Shown: piece after piece, positions 17,751 to 27,361 of the stretch
Layout of the letters: every line of letters starts with the position of its first letter
How positions within the stretch are numbered: the stretch's first letter is position 1
Assembly (NCBI GenBank): GCA_964201305.1
Contig: CAXNEG010000001.1
Location: forward strand, 1-32,677
DNA length: 32,677 nt
Source: Polaromonas sp.
GTDB lineage: Bacteria; Pseudomonadota; Gammaproteobacteria; Burkholderiales; Burkholderiaceae_C
Direction: 5' to 3'
The notes under the pieces: generated by a model
Told to the model about the DNA's origin: nothing
The model's input: the letters and a program-made list of their open reading frames with translations, nothing else
Databases searched by the model: none
Position numbers and translations under genes: made by a program

Positions 17751-19061
17751 TCAGACCGGCACGGTGGCAAGCACCGCCAGAGCCTTGTTCGCGGCCTCGC
17801 GCCCGGTATAGGCGCAGGCCTGGGTGCCGCCATCGCCATAGTCCTTGACGGCGTCACCCACATGCCACAGGTTGGCCAGCGGCGTGTCCTGCGACATGTC
17901 GTAGCCCGCGCACGAGCGCTGGGCCGGCCACTCGTCGCGCATCACGCGTACCGACAGCATTTTGGCGTCCTTAAAGCCGGGAAAGATATCGCGCAGGTCA
18001 GCCAGCGACTCCTCAATTTCAACCTTGTCATTAAAGTCGCCGATGGCTGGGCGCGGCACGGCGTAGGCGACGTACTGGTACCAGCCGGGCGGCGCCAGCT
18101 CGGGGCAGGTGGCCGTAAGTTCGCCCATATTGCACAGGCGGCGCGTCTTGCCAAAGGTGATTAGTCCGGGCACGTCCAGCAGGCGTTCACGGGTGGCGAA
18201 ATTGATAACGATGTTGGCCGCCGGCTGCAGGAGTGATTTGGCCTGAGCGAGGTAATCGGCGCCAAATGCCTCGGCGCCGGGCAGCAGCGCCGTGGCCGTG
18301 GGGCCGATGTTGCTGATCACCACATCGGTCTCGACACGTTTCGTCACACCCCCGTGCTCAATGTCCAGCGCCGTGACACGGCCGTTTTCCGAATGCAGGG
18401 CCACCACCGGGGCTTCCAGCCAGATCTCGCCGCCGCGCGCGCGGATGCCATCGCCCAGGTCGTTCCAAAGGCCAATCGTGCCGCGCGGGCAGAACCCGAA
18501 GCGCTTGAACGCACCCTTTTGCGCAAAGTACACCAGGAAGGCGCGCGCGGGCAGTTCGTCGGCATTCACTGCGAAGATCGCCGCGCACAGGTTGCGGAAG
18601 ATCGCATGCACGGTTTCGTTGGTGGTGTATTGCTCCAGCCACTGGCGGGTGGTCAGCTTGGCCTCGGGCAAGTCACCAGCACGTGCGTCGGCAAACTTCG
18701 CACCAATCTTGGCCGCCTGCTTGGTGAAGGTTCCCAGCAGCATGCCCCAGCCGCCCTTGGCCACATTGATGACTTTGCCGTCAATGTAGAACACGGTCGC
18801 CGGGTTCGGTTCGCGGATGTCCAACTGCACGCCCAGCATGTCGAAGGTCTCCTCGAAGATGCCGCCGCGCTCAATGGCAATGGCGCCGATGTTAACGATG
18901 TGGCCGTCAATGATTTCGCTGGAAGCGCGGCCGCCCAGGCGGTTCATCCGCTCCACCAGCAACACTTTCTTGCCGGCGGCCGTCAGTCGCGCCGCCGCGC
19001 TCATGCCGCCGGCGCCGGCACCGATTACAACCGCGTCGTAGCGGGCAGTGTTTGCATTCAT
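17751..19061 (-). CDS. FAD-dependent oxidoreductase, phytoene dehydrogenase-related
   Basis: VIGAGAGG, ERMNRLGGR, NLWHVGD; AGGAG RBS before ATG 19061. Confidence 0.85.
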   Translation of the reverse strand: MNANTARYDAVVIGAGAGGMSAAARLTAAGKKVLLVERMNRLGGRASSEIIDGHIVNIGAIAIERGGIFEETFDMLGVQLDIREPNPATVFYIDGKVINVAKGGWGMLLGTFTKQAAKIGAKFADARAGDLPEAKLTTRQWLEQYTTNETVHAIFRNLCAAIFAVNADELPARAFLVYFAQKGAFKRFGFCPRGTIGLWNDLGDGIRARGGEIWLEAPVVALHSENGRVTALDIEHGGVTKRVETDVVISNIGPTATALLPGAEAFGADYLAQAKSLLQPAANIVINFATRERLLDVPGLITFGKTRRLCNMGELTATCPELAPPGWYQYVAYAVPRPAIGDFNDKVEIEESLADLRDIFPGFKDAKMLSVRVMRDEWPAQRSCAGYDMSQDTPLANLWHVGDAVKDYGDGGTQACAYTGREAANKALAVLATVPV

Positions 19062-19099
19062 GAAATGGTCTCCTGAGGTTGGTCGTTTGTTGGGGGGCT

Positions 19100-19908
19100 T
19101 CACGCGAATGCCGCCGAAGCCTTCATGCCGGTAAATCCTTCGGCGTCGCTCGTCCAGAGTTCGGCACTGCTAGCTGTGGGTGTACCGCAGGCGCGCATCG
19201 TCTGGCCTTCAAAGGCCGGACGTATTTCGCGAAATGAAAATCCCTTGATCGCTGCACCGGGTTGCTCGCGCTGCACCAGGTCCAGCAACGGCGTGGCCAG
19301 CAGAGGGTCGTGCACCACGAGCGAGGGGTAGAACTCGACCTGTGATGCGCAGTCACGGTCGATATGGATGCGGTGGCCGTTGTAAGTGAGGGCCGAAAAC
19401 CGGAAGAGCAGCGCCGTATCGAGCAACAGCGTACGAACCAAACGGGCGCTGCAGGCGCGCTCTCCCCCGACGGCAACGGCGCGGACGTGGTGGGTGCATC
19501 CCGGTAGACGATGTTCTGTTCCTCGGCGATGCAGGTGTGTCCGCCCTGGCTCTCCTGATGGTCCACCATCACAAACACTAGCGGCCCGTTTTTGCCTTCT
19601 TTCAGGTCGATGCTGCAAATGGTAGATACCTTTTGCGCCGTGCGCCCGATCAGCAGCGGCGCCTGAACCTGCAGGCGCCCTGCGGCCCACATGCGCAGTG
19701 GCAGCGGCACGGGCGGCAGGAAGCCGCCACGCAGCGGGTGGCCGTCTGCACCGGTGGCCGCGCGTGCAGGAGCATCCAAGAAATAGAGCCAGCGCCAGGG
19801 CAGCGGCAGAGCGTCGCCCTCGCCCGTTTTACCCGGTCGGTCCAGGAGATCCGCCAAAGCGCGCGCGGGAAACGGGTCGATGGCCAGCGCCGCCGGTGCG
19901 GCGTTCAC
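19100..19908 (-). pseudogene. MaoC/hot-dog hydratase (mesaconyl-C4-CoA / itaconyl-CoA hydratase type), frameshift near 19436
   Basis: GFLPPVPLPLRMWAAG and EEQNIVYR in one frame, LFRFSALTYNGHRIH in another; length 809 is not a multiple of 3. Confidence 0.82.
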
Positions 19909-21416
19909 CGCTGTGCCTCCGGCGTAACCAGTGGCAGCCTCAGCGCAACGCGGCGCACCAGCCAGGGACTGGCACGGTAACGCGGGTCTCCCGTGGCGTC
20001 ATGTTGCGCACGCAGGATCGCCAGGATATGGGCCGGGCCGATTCGGTCGCCCCAGGCCAGCGGGCCGTACGGATACCCCAGGCCCAGCTTCACCGAGTCT
20101 TCCAGGTCGGCCACGCTGGCGATGCCGCGCTGCACGATATTGGCCGCAATGTTGACGATGGTGGCCATGACGCGCTGCGCGATGAAGCCACCAGAGTCGT
20201 TGATCACCGTGACCGCGACACCATCGCTGGCCAGCAGCGCATAGGCCATGTCACGCGCACCAGGCGCCGTGACGGTGGTGAGCATCAGCGTGCGGCGCAG
20301 CTCAAACGGCGTGATGGGGTCCACCGCCACGGTGCGGGCCGGATCCAGTCCGAGCGAAAGTGCCATGCTGGTGGCATCCATACCCCAGGGTTGCACGATA
20401 AACAGGCCGGCATCCCCGGTGCGGTTCACCACAGAGAGGCCGGCACCCACGGCCAGCGCCTTGAGCGCATCGGCCTGTGGTGCATGCGAATCCACCCAGA
20501 CACCTTGCGCTGAATCCAGCTTCGGTGCGACACGTGCGGGCGGGCGCACCTGCTTGGCGTCGTCGTAGCGGTACCAGCCTTCACCGCTCTTGCGCCCGAA
20601 CAGGCCGGCCGCCACCCGCGGGGGCACCAGCGACGAAGGCCGAAAGCGCGGCTCCTGCTGGAACTGCTCGTAGATCGACGCCATCACCCGCGACGACACA
20701 TCCAGCCCCGTCAGGTCCAGCAGCTCGAACGGTCCCATGCGAAAGCCCATGGCGTCGCGCAGAACGTCGTCCACATCGGCGGGTGTAGCCACCTGCTCCT
20801 CAACCACCCGAAGGCCTTCGGTGTACAGGCCACGACCTGCGTGGTTAACCAGAAAACCTGGCTGGTCAGCCGTGACCACCGCGCGGTGGCCTGCGCCTTC
20901 GGTGATGTACTTGAGCAACTGTACCGTGGCCGGTGCGGTGCGCACAGCGGCGATGACTTCGGCTACTTTCATCAGCGTCACCGGATTGAAGAAGTGCAGG
21001 CCCGCCACGCGTTCGGGACGGGCACAGCCCGCGGCGATCTCGGACACGGTGAGCGACGAGGTGTTGGAAGCCAGCACGGCGTCATCGCCCACGATGGCTT
21101 CGAGGCTGCGAAAAAGTTCCCGCTTGACGCCCAGGTCCTCCACGATGGCCTCAACCACGACAGCGCAGCCGGCCAGCGCGCCCAGCTCCGGCGCGGCGCT
21201 GATGCCGGCGCGGATGCGCTCGAATGCATCCACGGCCAGGCGGCCCTTGTCCACGTTGCGCTGGAGCATGGCGGCCACATGGTGAATGGCTGCGGATGCC
21301 GCACCAAGCTGTGCGTCGTAGATGCGCACGGGGTGGCCCGCCTGCGCGTACAGCTGCGCAATGCCGCGCCCCATGGTGCCGGCGCCCACGACGCCGATGG
21401 TGATCTTGTCGGTCAT
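19905..21416 (-). CDS. 3-hydroxyacyl-CoA dehydrogenase, PaaH-like (~500 aa)
   Basis: GAGTMGRG, EAIVE, SNTSS, HFFNP, GPFELLD, duplicated C-domain. Confidence 0.93.
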   Translation of the reverse strand: MTDKITIGVVGAGTMGRGIAQLYAQAGHPVRIYDAQLGAASAAIHHVAAMLQRNVDKGRLAVDAFERIRAGISAAPELGALAGCAVVVEAIVEDLGVKRELFRSLEAIVGDDAVLASNTSSLTVSEIAAGCARPERVAGLHFFNPVTLMKVAEVIAAVRTAPATVQLLKYITEGAGHRAVVTADQPGFLVNHAGRGLYTEGLRVVEEQVATPADVDDVLRDAMGFRMGPFELLDLTGLDVSSRVMASIYEQFQQEPRFRPSSLVPPRVAAGLFGRKSGEGWYRYDDAKQVRPPARVAPKLDSAQGVWVDSHAPQADALKALAVGAGLSVVNRTGDAGLFIVQPWGMDATSMALSLGLDPARTVAVDPITPFELRRTLMLTTVTAPGARDMAYALLASDGVAVTVINDSGGFIAQRVMATIVNIAANIVQRGIASVADLEDSVKLGLGYPYGPLAWGDRIGPAHILAILRAQHDATGDPRYRASPWLVRRVALRLPLVTPEAQR

Positions 21417-21417
21417 C

Positions 21418-22203
21418 CTAGGAACCCTTGAATTGCGGTTTGCGTTTGTCCAAGAAGGCACGCATGCCTTCGGTCTTGTCTGCAGTGTCAAACAGCAACA
21501 GGAACTCACGGTTCTCCAGCGCCAGCGCGGCGTCCAGCGGCATGTCTGCCCCCTGGCGAAGCACGCGCCGCGTGGCGGCTACGGCCTTAGGCGGCATGCG
21601 GGCCGCCTTGGCCGCTAGAACCAGTGCACGCGCAAGTGCCTGGCCCGGCTCAGCCAGCTCCGCCACCAGGCCCAACTGGAACGCCCGTGCTCCAGTCAGT
21701 TGCTCACCCGTCAGCAGCATCATGCTGGCCACCTGCTTGCCCAGGCTGCGCACCAGCCGCTGGGTGCCGCCCGCACCGGGCATGATGCCCACGGCCAATT
21801 CCGGCTGGCCGAAACGGGCGCTGTCGTCGGCCACGATGAAGTCGCACATCAGCGCCAGCTCGCAGCCTGCGCCAAGCGCGAAACCGCTCACGGCGGCGAT
21901 CACCGGCTTGCGGGCGTTGGCCACCGGCGTCCAGTAACGGCCCAGGTCAATGTCGGCCACCTCCTGCGCACCTTTGTCCACCAGCAAGTTGAGGTCTGCA
22001 CCTGCGGCAAAGACCGTATCGCTGCCGGTAATGACAATGGCCAGGACCTGTGCATCGGCGTCCAGCGTGGCCACTGCCTGGGCAATCGCGCTGCGCATCG
22101 CTAGGTCCAGCGCATTGCGTTTATCGGGGCGGTTCAGCGTGACGACGCCTACCGCGCCTTCGGCGTGCACCCGCACGGGTACATCAATGGCGGCTTCAGT
22201 CAT
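21418..22203 (-). CDS. Enoyl-CoA hydratase, PaaF-like
   Basis: FAAGADL, GAGCELAL, FGQPE, PGAGGTQRL (both catalytic Glu present). Confidence 0.92.
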   Translation of the reverse strand: MTEAAIDVPVRVHAEGAVGVVTLNRPDKRNALDLAMRSAIAQAVATLDADAQVLAIVITGSDTVFAAGADLNLLVDKGAQEVADIDLGRYWTPVANARKPVIAAVSGFALGAGCELALMCDFIVADDSARFGQPELAVGIMPGAGGTQRLVRSLGKQVASMMLLTGEQLTGARAFQLGLVAELAEPGQALARALVLAAKAARMPPKAVAATRRVLRQGADMPLDAALALENREFLLLFDTADKTEGMRAFLDKRKPQFKGS

Positions 22204-22997
22204 GGTTGCTTCACGCCGGGGCGTGCAATGAAATCGGCCGTGCGCTTGTTGCGAAAAGCGTCGTAGCCTTCCAGAAAATCAGGACCGGTCAGGCAAACCG
22301 CCTGGTCGTCCTCCTCGCGTGCCAGTTCGGCCTGCAGCGTGGGCGCCGAGTCATTCAGCCGTTGCTTCATCCGGCCAAAGGCCTCCTGCGGCAGCAACGC
22401 CAGCGCAGCGGCCGTCTGCACTGCGGTTTGCATCACGTCGGCATCGGGCACCAGTGTGTCGGCAAGGCCCATGCGGTGCGCTTCTTCACCGGTCACCGCC
22501 TGGCCGCTAGTGAGAATTCGCCGTGCAGCGCACAGACCCACACGCCGGGGCAAGGTGAGCAGCTGCCCCCAGTCGGGCGCCAGCCCGAGCTTCATGAACG
22601 GGAACAGCACCCTGGTGCCAGGCCCCGCCACGATTTGGTCGCCCAGCAATGCCAGGCCAACCACAGCACCTGCGGCAATACCCTGCATCGCGCTCACAAC
22701 CGGAATGCGTGCGCCGGCCACCAGGCCGCACAACACATGGATGTGCCGCATGCGTTCACGCGCCTGCGCCTCGGTCAGACCCACCATACTGTGCACGTCG
22801 CCGCCGGCGGAGAACACCCCGTCCACACCCCCGAACACCAGAGCGCGGCAGCGGGTATCGGCCAGCAGGGAGCGCAGATGCTGCGTCATCTGCTCGCGTA
22901 CGTCGTAGTCAATGGCATTGCGCTTATCGGGGCGGTTGATGCGCAACCGCGCAACGTACGGCAGCGGCTCGTCTAGCAGAACCACAAGATCAGTCAT
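22200..22997 (-). CDS. Crotonase-family protein, PaaG-type
   Basis: NRPDKRNA, FSAGGD, LGLAPDWG. Confidence 0.88.
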   Translation of the reverse strand: MTDLVVLLDEPLPYVARLRINRPDKRNAIDYDVREQMTQHLRSLLADTRCRALVFGGVDGVFSAGGDVHSMVGLTEAQARERMRHIHVLCGLVAGARIPVVSAMQGIAAGAVVGLALLGDQIVAGPGTRVLFPFMKLGLAPDWGQLLTLPRRVGLCAARRILTSGQAVTGEEAHRMGLADTLVPDADVMQTAVQTAAALALLPQEAFGRMKQRLNDSAPTLQAELAREEDDQAVCLTGPDFLEGYDAFRNKRTADFIARPGVKQP

Positions 22998-23002
22998 GTG
23001 CG

Positions 23003-24205
23003 TCAAACCCCCTGCAGGCCCACGATGGAGATCGAGCACACGTTCTGCGATGGCTGGCCACCCAGGTTGTGGATCAGGCCCGTCTTAGGGTCTGCCAGCT
23101 GTCGGGAGCCGGCGCGGCCTTGCAGCTGCAGGTAAATTTCGTACAGCATGCGGATGCCGCTGGCTCCCACGGGGTGGCCAAAACACTTAAGGCCGCCGTC
23201 GATTTGGCACGGCACCGCGCCGTCGGCATCAAACACACCGTCAAGCACATCGCGCACGGCCTGGCCTTCGCCAGACAGGCCCAGGTCTTCCATAGTGACC
23301 AGCTCAGTGATCGAGAAGCAGTCGTGCACCTCGGTCATGCTCAGTTCCTTGCGCGGGTCCCGGATGCCGGCTTCCTGATAGGCCTTTTTTGCGGCGATGC
23401 GTGCGGTGTGCATGTAGCTACCGTCCCACTGGCTGGACTGCAGTTCCCAGCCATTGGACACCGCGAGCTGCAATGCCTTGAAAGTCACGAGACCGGTTTT
23501 CCCCAAAGCGCGTGCAATCTCCGGGGTGGTGACCACCACGGCTGCGGCGCCATCGGACACACCGCAGCAGTCAAACAGGCCCAGCGGCGCGGCAATGGTG
23601 GGCGCCTTCATGCACTGCTCTTCGGTGATCGGCTTTTGCAGGTGGGCCTTGGGGTTCTTCGCACCGTTGGCGTGGCTTTTGATCGAGACGTGCGAGATGG
23701 CGCGCTTGAGCAACGCAGCATCGATGCCATGTTTGGTCCGGTAGGCACTGGCCAGTTGAGCGAAGTTAGCCGGTGCTACCGCGTTTGGGTACCACTGCGG
23801 AATGTAAGTACCCACCTGCGCCATGGGCAGGCCGCCATAGCCGGTGTCCTTGAGTTTCTCAACACCCAGCGCCAGCGCGATGTCACAGGCACCTGCGGCC
23901 ACAGCATAAACCGCGGCTCGAATCGCCTCGGAACCACCCGCGCAGAAGTTTTCCACCCGGGTGACACCGATGTTCGGCAGGCGCAGCGCAATGCTCATGG
24001 GAGTACCGCCGCGGCCCGTGCCGACGTCGTCCATGTGTGTGGAGTACCAGGCCGCGCCTAGCTGCTCCGGCGTGATGCCGGCGTCCGCCATAGCTTCGTT
24101 ATAGGCCTCCAGCATGAGGTCTTCGGGACTAGCGTCCCAGCGCTCGCCAAATTTGCTGCAGCCCATCCCGAGGATGGCGACTTTGTCCTTGATGCCCGTG
24201 GCCAT
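23003..24205 (-). CDS. SCP-x/SCP2-type thiolase (acetyl-CoA acetyltransferase)
   Basis: VENFCAGG, VSDGAA, EVHDCFS, GHPVGASG, HNLGG. Confidence 0.92.
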   Translation of the reverse strand: MATGIKDKVAILGMGCSKFGERWDASPEDLMLEAYNEAMADAGITPEQLGAAWYSTHMDDVGTGRGGTPMSIALRLPNIGVTRVENFCAGGSEAIRAAVYAVAAGACDIALALGVEKLKDTGYGGLPMAQVGTYIPQWYPNAVAPANFAQLASAYRTKHGIDAALLKRAISHVSIKSHANGAKNPKAHLQKPITEEQCMKAPTIAAPLGLFDCCGVSDGAAAVVVTTPEIARALGKTGLVTFKALQLAVSNGWELQSSQWDGSYMHTARIAAKKAYQEAGIRDPRKELSMTEVHDCFSITELVTMEDLGLSGEGQAVRDVLDGVFDADGAVPCQIDGGLKCFGHPVGASGIRMLYEIYLQLQGRAGSRQLADPKTGLIHNLGGQPSQNVCSISIVGLQGV

Positions 24206-24216
24206 TCCAATTCCTT

Positions 24217-25680
24217 TCAGGGGTTGGTGGAAGCAGCACGCACCGGCGTGGCTTTCCAGAAGTAGCGGGTGAATCCGCGGCGCTCGTCCACGTCCTTGAC
24301 GCGAAACACCATTTCCATGGCGGTGCCGGAATCGACCTCACCGATATCCAAGTCGGTGAAGTCCATCAGGATGCGCCCGCCGCCTTCAAAGTCGATCTGA
24401 CCGTAGTGATGGGGCGGCGCCGGGTGGTACGACAGGTACTCGGCCGACCATGACAGAATTTTTGCGGGCCGGTCGGCCAGCTTGTGGGGTTTTTGTGTGT
24501 CCTGCAGCGGTTTGCCTTGGTCGTACGACAAGCGCGATGGCGGGAAATGCACGCTGCCAGTCACCTCACAGCGGCCCGCCACCAGCCCCATCAGGGCCGT
24601 CCGATGTCGCCAGGCGGTGGACAGCGCGGTTTTTTTGTCCTGCTCGCCGCGCATGCCGCGCTCCAGTTGAAGCTGGCCATTGAACGCGAGAAATTTCGTG
24701 TAATTGCGCTCTTCGGCGCCGCGTGCGAGCCACTGGCCGACACCGCGCGCCGGACGGAACGAGCCAATGGCATCGGTCACCCGGAACACCAGCGCCTGCG
24801 CGCCGCTGCCAAACTGCGCAACCACGATCACCTGGCCAGGCCGGGCACGCTCCAACACATGGGCCAGCAGCAGCAGACCGTGTGGCAGGCCGCTGTCGCC
24901 CACCTGGTCCAGCAGCGCATCCACCACCGCTTCTGCACGGATGCCGCAGGACTTGGCCAGCTGAGTGTCCATTTTGGCGAAGCTGGACGGGAAGATGAAG
25001 TGGTCTACCTGCGCGGCCCCCACGCTCGCCTGCTGCAACGCCGCGGCCACCGCGCGCGGCATCAGCTTGCCGATGCCCTCGTCACGAACCCAGCGCTCCT
25101 CCCAGTGGTAGTCCACGGCCTCGCCGGTGGCGCGGAAGTGGTCGACAAAGTCAACCGATAGCGTACCCGCGCCCAGGAATTCAGCCAGCACCCTCTCGCG
25201 CCCGATCAGCAGCGCTGCAGCGGCATCGCCGTAGTCCAGCTCCTGCGGACTGGCCGCGCGGGTCTTGCGCTCGTCCGCGGCCATTACGAGCACGTCGCCC
25301 GCGCCAGACTGCACCCTCGCGACGGCCTGCACCACCGCCGACAGCGCCGCGCGTTGAGAGCCGCCCATGTCTAGCGCATCAATGTCGTCAGCCAGGGCCA
25401 GCGCACCGGCTGCAATGCCTGCGTTCATGCGCTCGGCAAACGGCAGAGTGTCAGACGCCAGAAACACAGCCCGCACATGCGCGCGGCCTTCATCCACACC
25501 GAGGCAATCGCGCGCTGCGGCCACAGCCATGGTGATGCTGTCTTCGTCCCAATTAGCCATAGCGCGTGTGCCCTTGCGGCCGGCAAAGTGGGGCGCATAC
25601 CAGGAATTGGCCTGCACTACCGCCTGGCGCGACAGGCGCAGGCGCGGCAAGTAGCCGCCGAAACCAGTGATTCCGATCAT
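24217..25680 (-). CDS. HMG-CoA-synthase-fold + DUF35 (Zn-ribbon/OB-fold) fusion protein
   Basis: GITGFGGYLPRLRL, DEDSITMA, GDAAAA, FGSG, then GRCEVTG..FPP, DFEGGGR, YFWKA. Confidence 0.88.
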   Translation of the reverse strand: MIGITGFGGYLPRLRLSRQAVVQANSWYAPHFAGRKGTRAMANWDEDSITMAVAAARDCLGVDEGRAHVRAVFLASDTLPFAERMNAGIAAGALALADDIDALDMGGSQRAALSAVVQAVARVQSGAGDVLVMAADERKTRAASPQELDYGDAAAALLIGRERVLAEFLGAGTLSVDFVDHFRATGEAVDYHWEERWVRDEGIGKLMPRAVAAALQQASVGAAQVDHFIFPSSFAKMDTQLAKSCGIRAEAVVDALLDQVGDSGLPHGLLLLAHVLERARPGQVIVVAQFGSGAQALVFRVTDAIGSFRPARGVGQWLARGAEERNYTKFLAFNGQLQLERGMRGEQDKKTALSTAWRHRTALMGLVAGRCEVTGSVHFPPSRLSYDQGKPLQDTQKPHKLADRPAKILSWSAEYLSYHPAPPHHYGQIDFEGGGRILMDFTDLDIGEVDSGTAMEMVFRVKDVDERRGFTRYFWKATPVRAASTNP

Positions 25681-26615
25681 GTGGATGTCTTTCGGGTGGA
25701 CGCGGCGTCAAGATGCGCCGCAATGAACTGGCCGCCCGCCACAAGCGCGTTGCGCGCCTCGGGCAGCTCAGCGGGAAACTGCTGGAATACGTGGATCATG
25801 CCGGGCCATATCTGCAACTCAGCCTGCGCGCCGGCGGCATGGGCTTTGCGCGCGAAGTCTTCCGAATCACTGACCACGGTCTCGCGCTCGCCCACCTGCA
25901 GCAGCAGGGGGGGCAGCGCGCCCAGCTGCGCTGATGTCGCAAACAAGGGCGACACCAGCGGGTCCTTCGCGTCGGCGTCGCGGCCCAGGTAATTGCGCGC
26001 CATGGCCACAATCATGGGTTGCTGATGGATAGGGTCGAGCGCGGCACGGGTCTGGTAGCTGGTGCCCGATGCGCTCAGGTCGGTCCACGCGGACAGGCCC
26101 CAGAAGGCGGCCGGCAACGGCTCGCCGCGCGCCTGCAGCGTCAGCATCAAAGACAGCGCCAGGCCGCCACCGGCCGAATCGCCAGCCAGCGCCACCTGTG
26201 ACCCAACCACGCCCTGCGTTTGCAGCCATTGCCAGACGGTCAAGGCGTCGTCCGGCGCCGCGGGGTAGCAGTGCTCGGGTGCCAGCCGGTAACCCACGCC
26301 CAGTACACGCGCCCTGGCCGCGGCGCCGATGCTGGCCATGAGTTCGCAGTGAGATGCAAGCGAGCCCACCTGGAACCCGCCGCCATGGAAGTAGACGATC
26401 AAGCGGTCTTCGCGCGCACCGGTGGCGACTACCCATTGGCATGGCACGCCGCCTGCATCGACCGCATCCACCTGCGCATCGCCGCGCGCGCTGAACAACG
26501 CGTCCCAGTCGGCGCGCATCTGCGCTACCGGGGTATCGCGCCGCCAGCGGCCGTAGGTCTGGCGAATGCGCGTGATCACTGCTTCAACAGCAGGGTTCAC
26601 AGTGGAGTCACTCAT
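25677..26615 (-). CDS. Alpha/beta hydrolase, family IV (HSL) esterase
   Basis: HGGG, YRLAPEH, GDSAGG, E...GMIHVF. Confidence 0.92.
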   Translation of the reverse strand: MSDSTVNPAVEAVITRIRQTYGRWRRDTPVAQMRADWDALFSARGDAQVDAVDAGGVPCQWVVATGAREDRLIVYFHGGGFQVGSLASHCELMASIGAAARARVLGVGYRLAPEHCYPAAPDDALTVWQWLQTQGVVGSQVALAGDSAGGGLALSLMLTLQARGEPLPAAFWGLSAWTDLSASGTSYQTRAALDPIHQQPMIVAMARNYLGRDADAKDPLVSPLFATSAQLGALPPLLLQVGERETVVSDSEDFARKAHAAGAQAELQIWPGMIHVFQQFPAELPEARNALVAGGQFIAAHLDAASTRKTST

Positions 26616-27361
26616 GCGCCGCACCCCATGCCACCGGACACACCCAGTACCTCGCCTGTCACAAAACCTGCTGCGTCACTTGCCAGAAACGCCACTGCAG
26701 CCGCGACTTCATCGGGGGTACCCAGACGGCCCGCCAGAGTGGCCTCCGTCATGGCGGCCATGATCTTGTCGCCAGCCTGTGCCACCGCCTTGCGCAGCAA
26801 GGGCGTGTCGATGGGGCCGGGCGCCACCACATTGGCGGTGATGGCCTTGCGGCCGTTCTCGCGGGCGATGGAGCGGGTAAAGGCAATCACGCCACCCTTG
26901 GCCGCCGCATACACCGAGCCGCCGCGCGAGCCCAGGCGGCCCGCTTCAGACGCCACATTGATGATGCGCCCATAGCCGGCCTGCTGCATGGCGGGCAGTA
27001 CCGCATGGGTGGTGTTGAGCACAGACTCCAGGTTCACCGCCAGCAGCCGGCGCCAGTCATACGGTGAGGTTTTCGTGAAGAAGGCATGCTGGTCCACGCC
27101 CGCGCTGTTGACCAGGATGTCAAACGGGCCACTTTCGCGCACGACGGCATGGACACGGTCAAAATCGGTCACGTCCAACTGCACACCCGTCGCGCCGATT
27201 TCACCCGCAAGGCGCGCCGCAGCGTCACCTTGCAGGTCGGCGATGACCACGGCTGCGCCGTCGGCGGCAAGCCGGCGGGCAATGGCTGCGCCGATGCCGC
27301 TGGCGCCGCCTGTGACCAGTGCGCGACGGCCCACAAGCGGGGTTGCGTTGGCGGCGGCCAT
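26612..27361 (-). CDS. SDR oxidoreductase, BadH (2-hydroxycyclohexanecarboxyl-CoA dehydrogenase)-like
   Basis: TGGASGIG, NSAGVD, ASEAGRLGS, YAAAK, PGPIDT. Confidence 0.9.
   Translation of the reverse strand: MAAANATPLVGRRALVTGGASGIGAAIARRLAADGAAVVIADLQGDAAARLAGEIGATGVQLDVTDFDRVHAVVRESGPFDILVNSAGVDQHAFFTKTSPYDWRRLLAVNLESVLNTTHAVLPAMQQAGYGRIINVASEAGRLGSRGGSVYAAAKGGVIAFTRSIARENGRKAITANVVAPGPIDTPLLRKAVAQAGDKIMAAMTEATLAGRLGTPDEVAAAVAFLASDAAGFVTGEVLGVSGGMGCGA

Noticed and set aside
14832-19908. Autotrophic 3-hydroxypropionate bicycle
   Set aside because: No malonyl-CoA reductase, propionyl-CoA synthase or MMC lyase; context is catabolic
23003-25680. DAPG or mevalonate biosynthesis
   Set aside because: No PhlD type III PKS or HMG-CoA reductase; the synthase fold lacks its catalytic Cys
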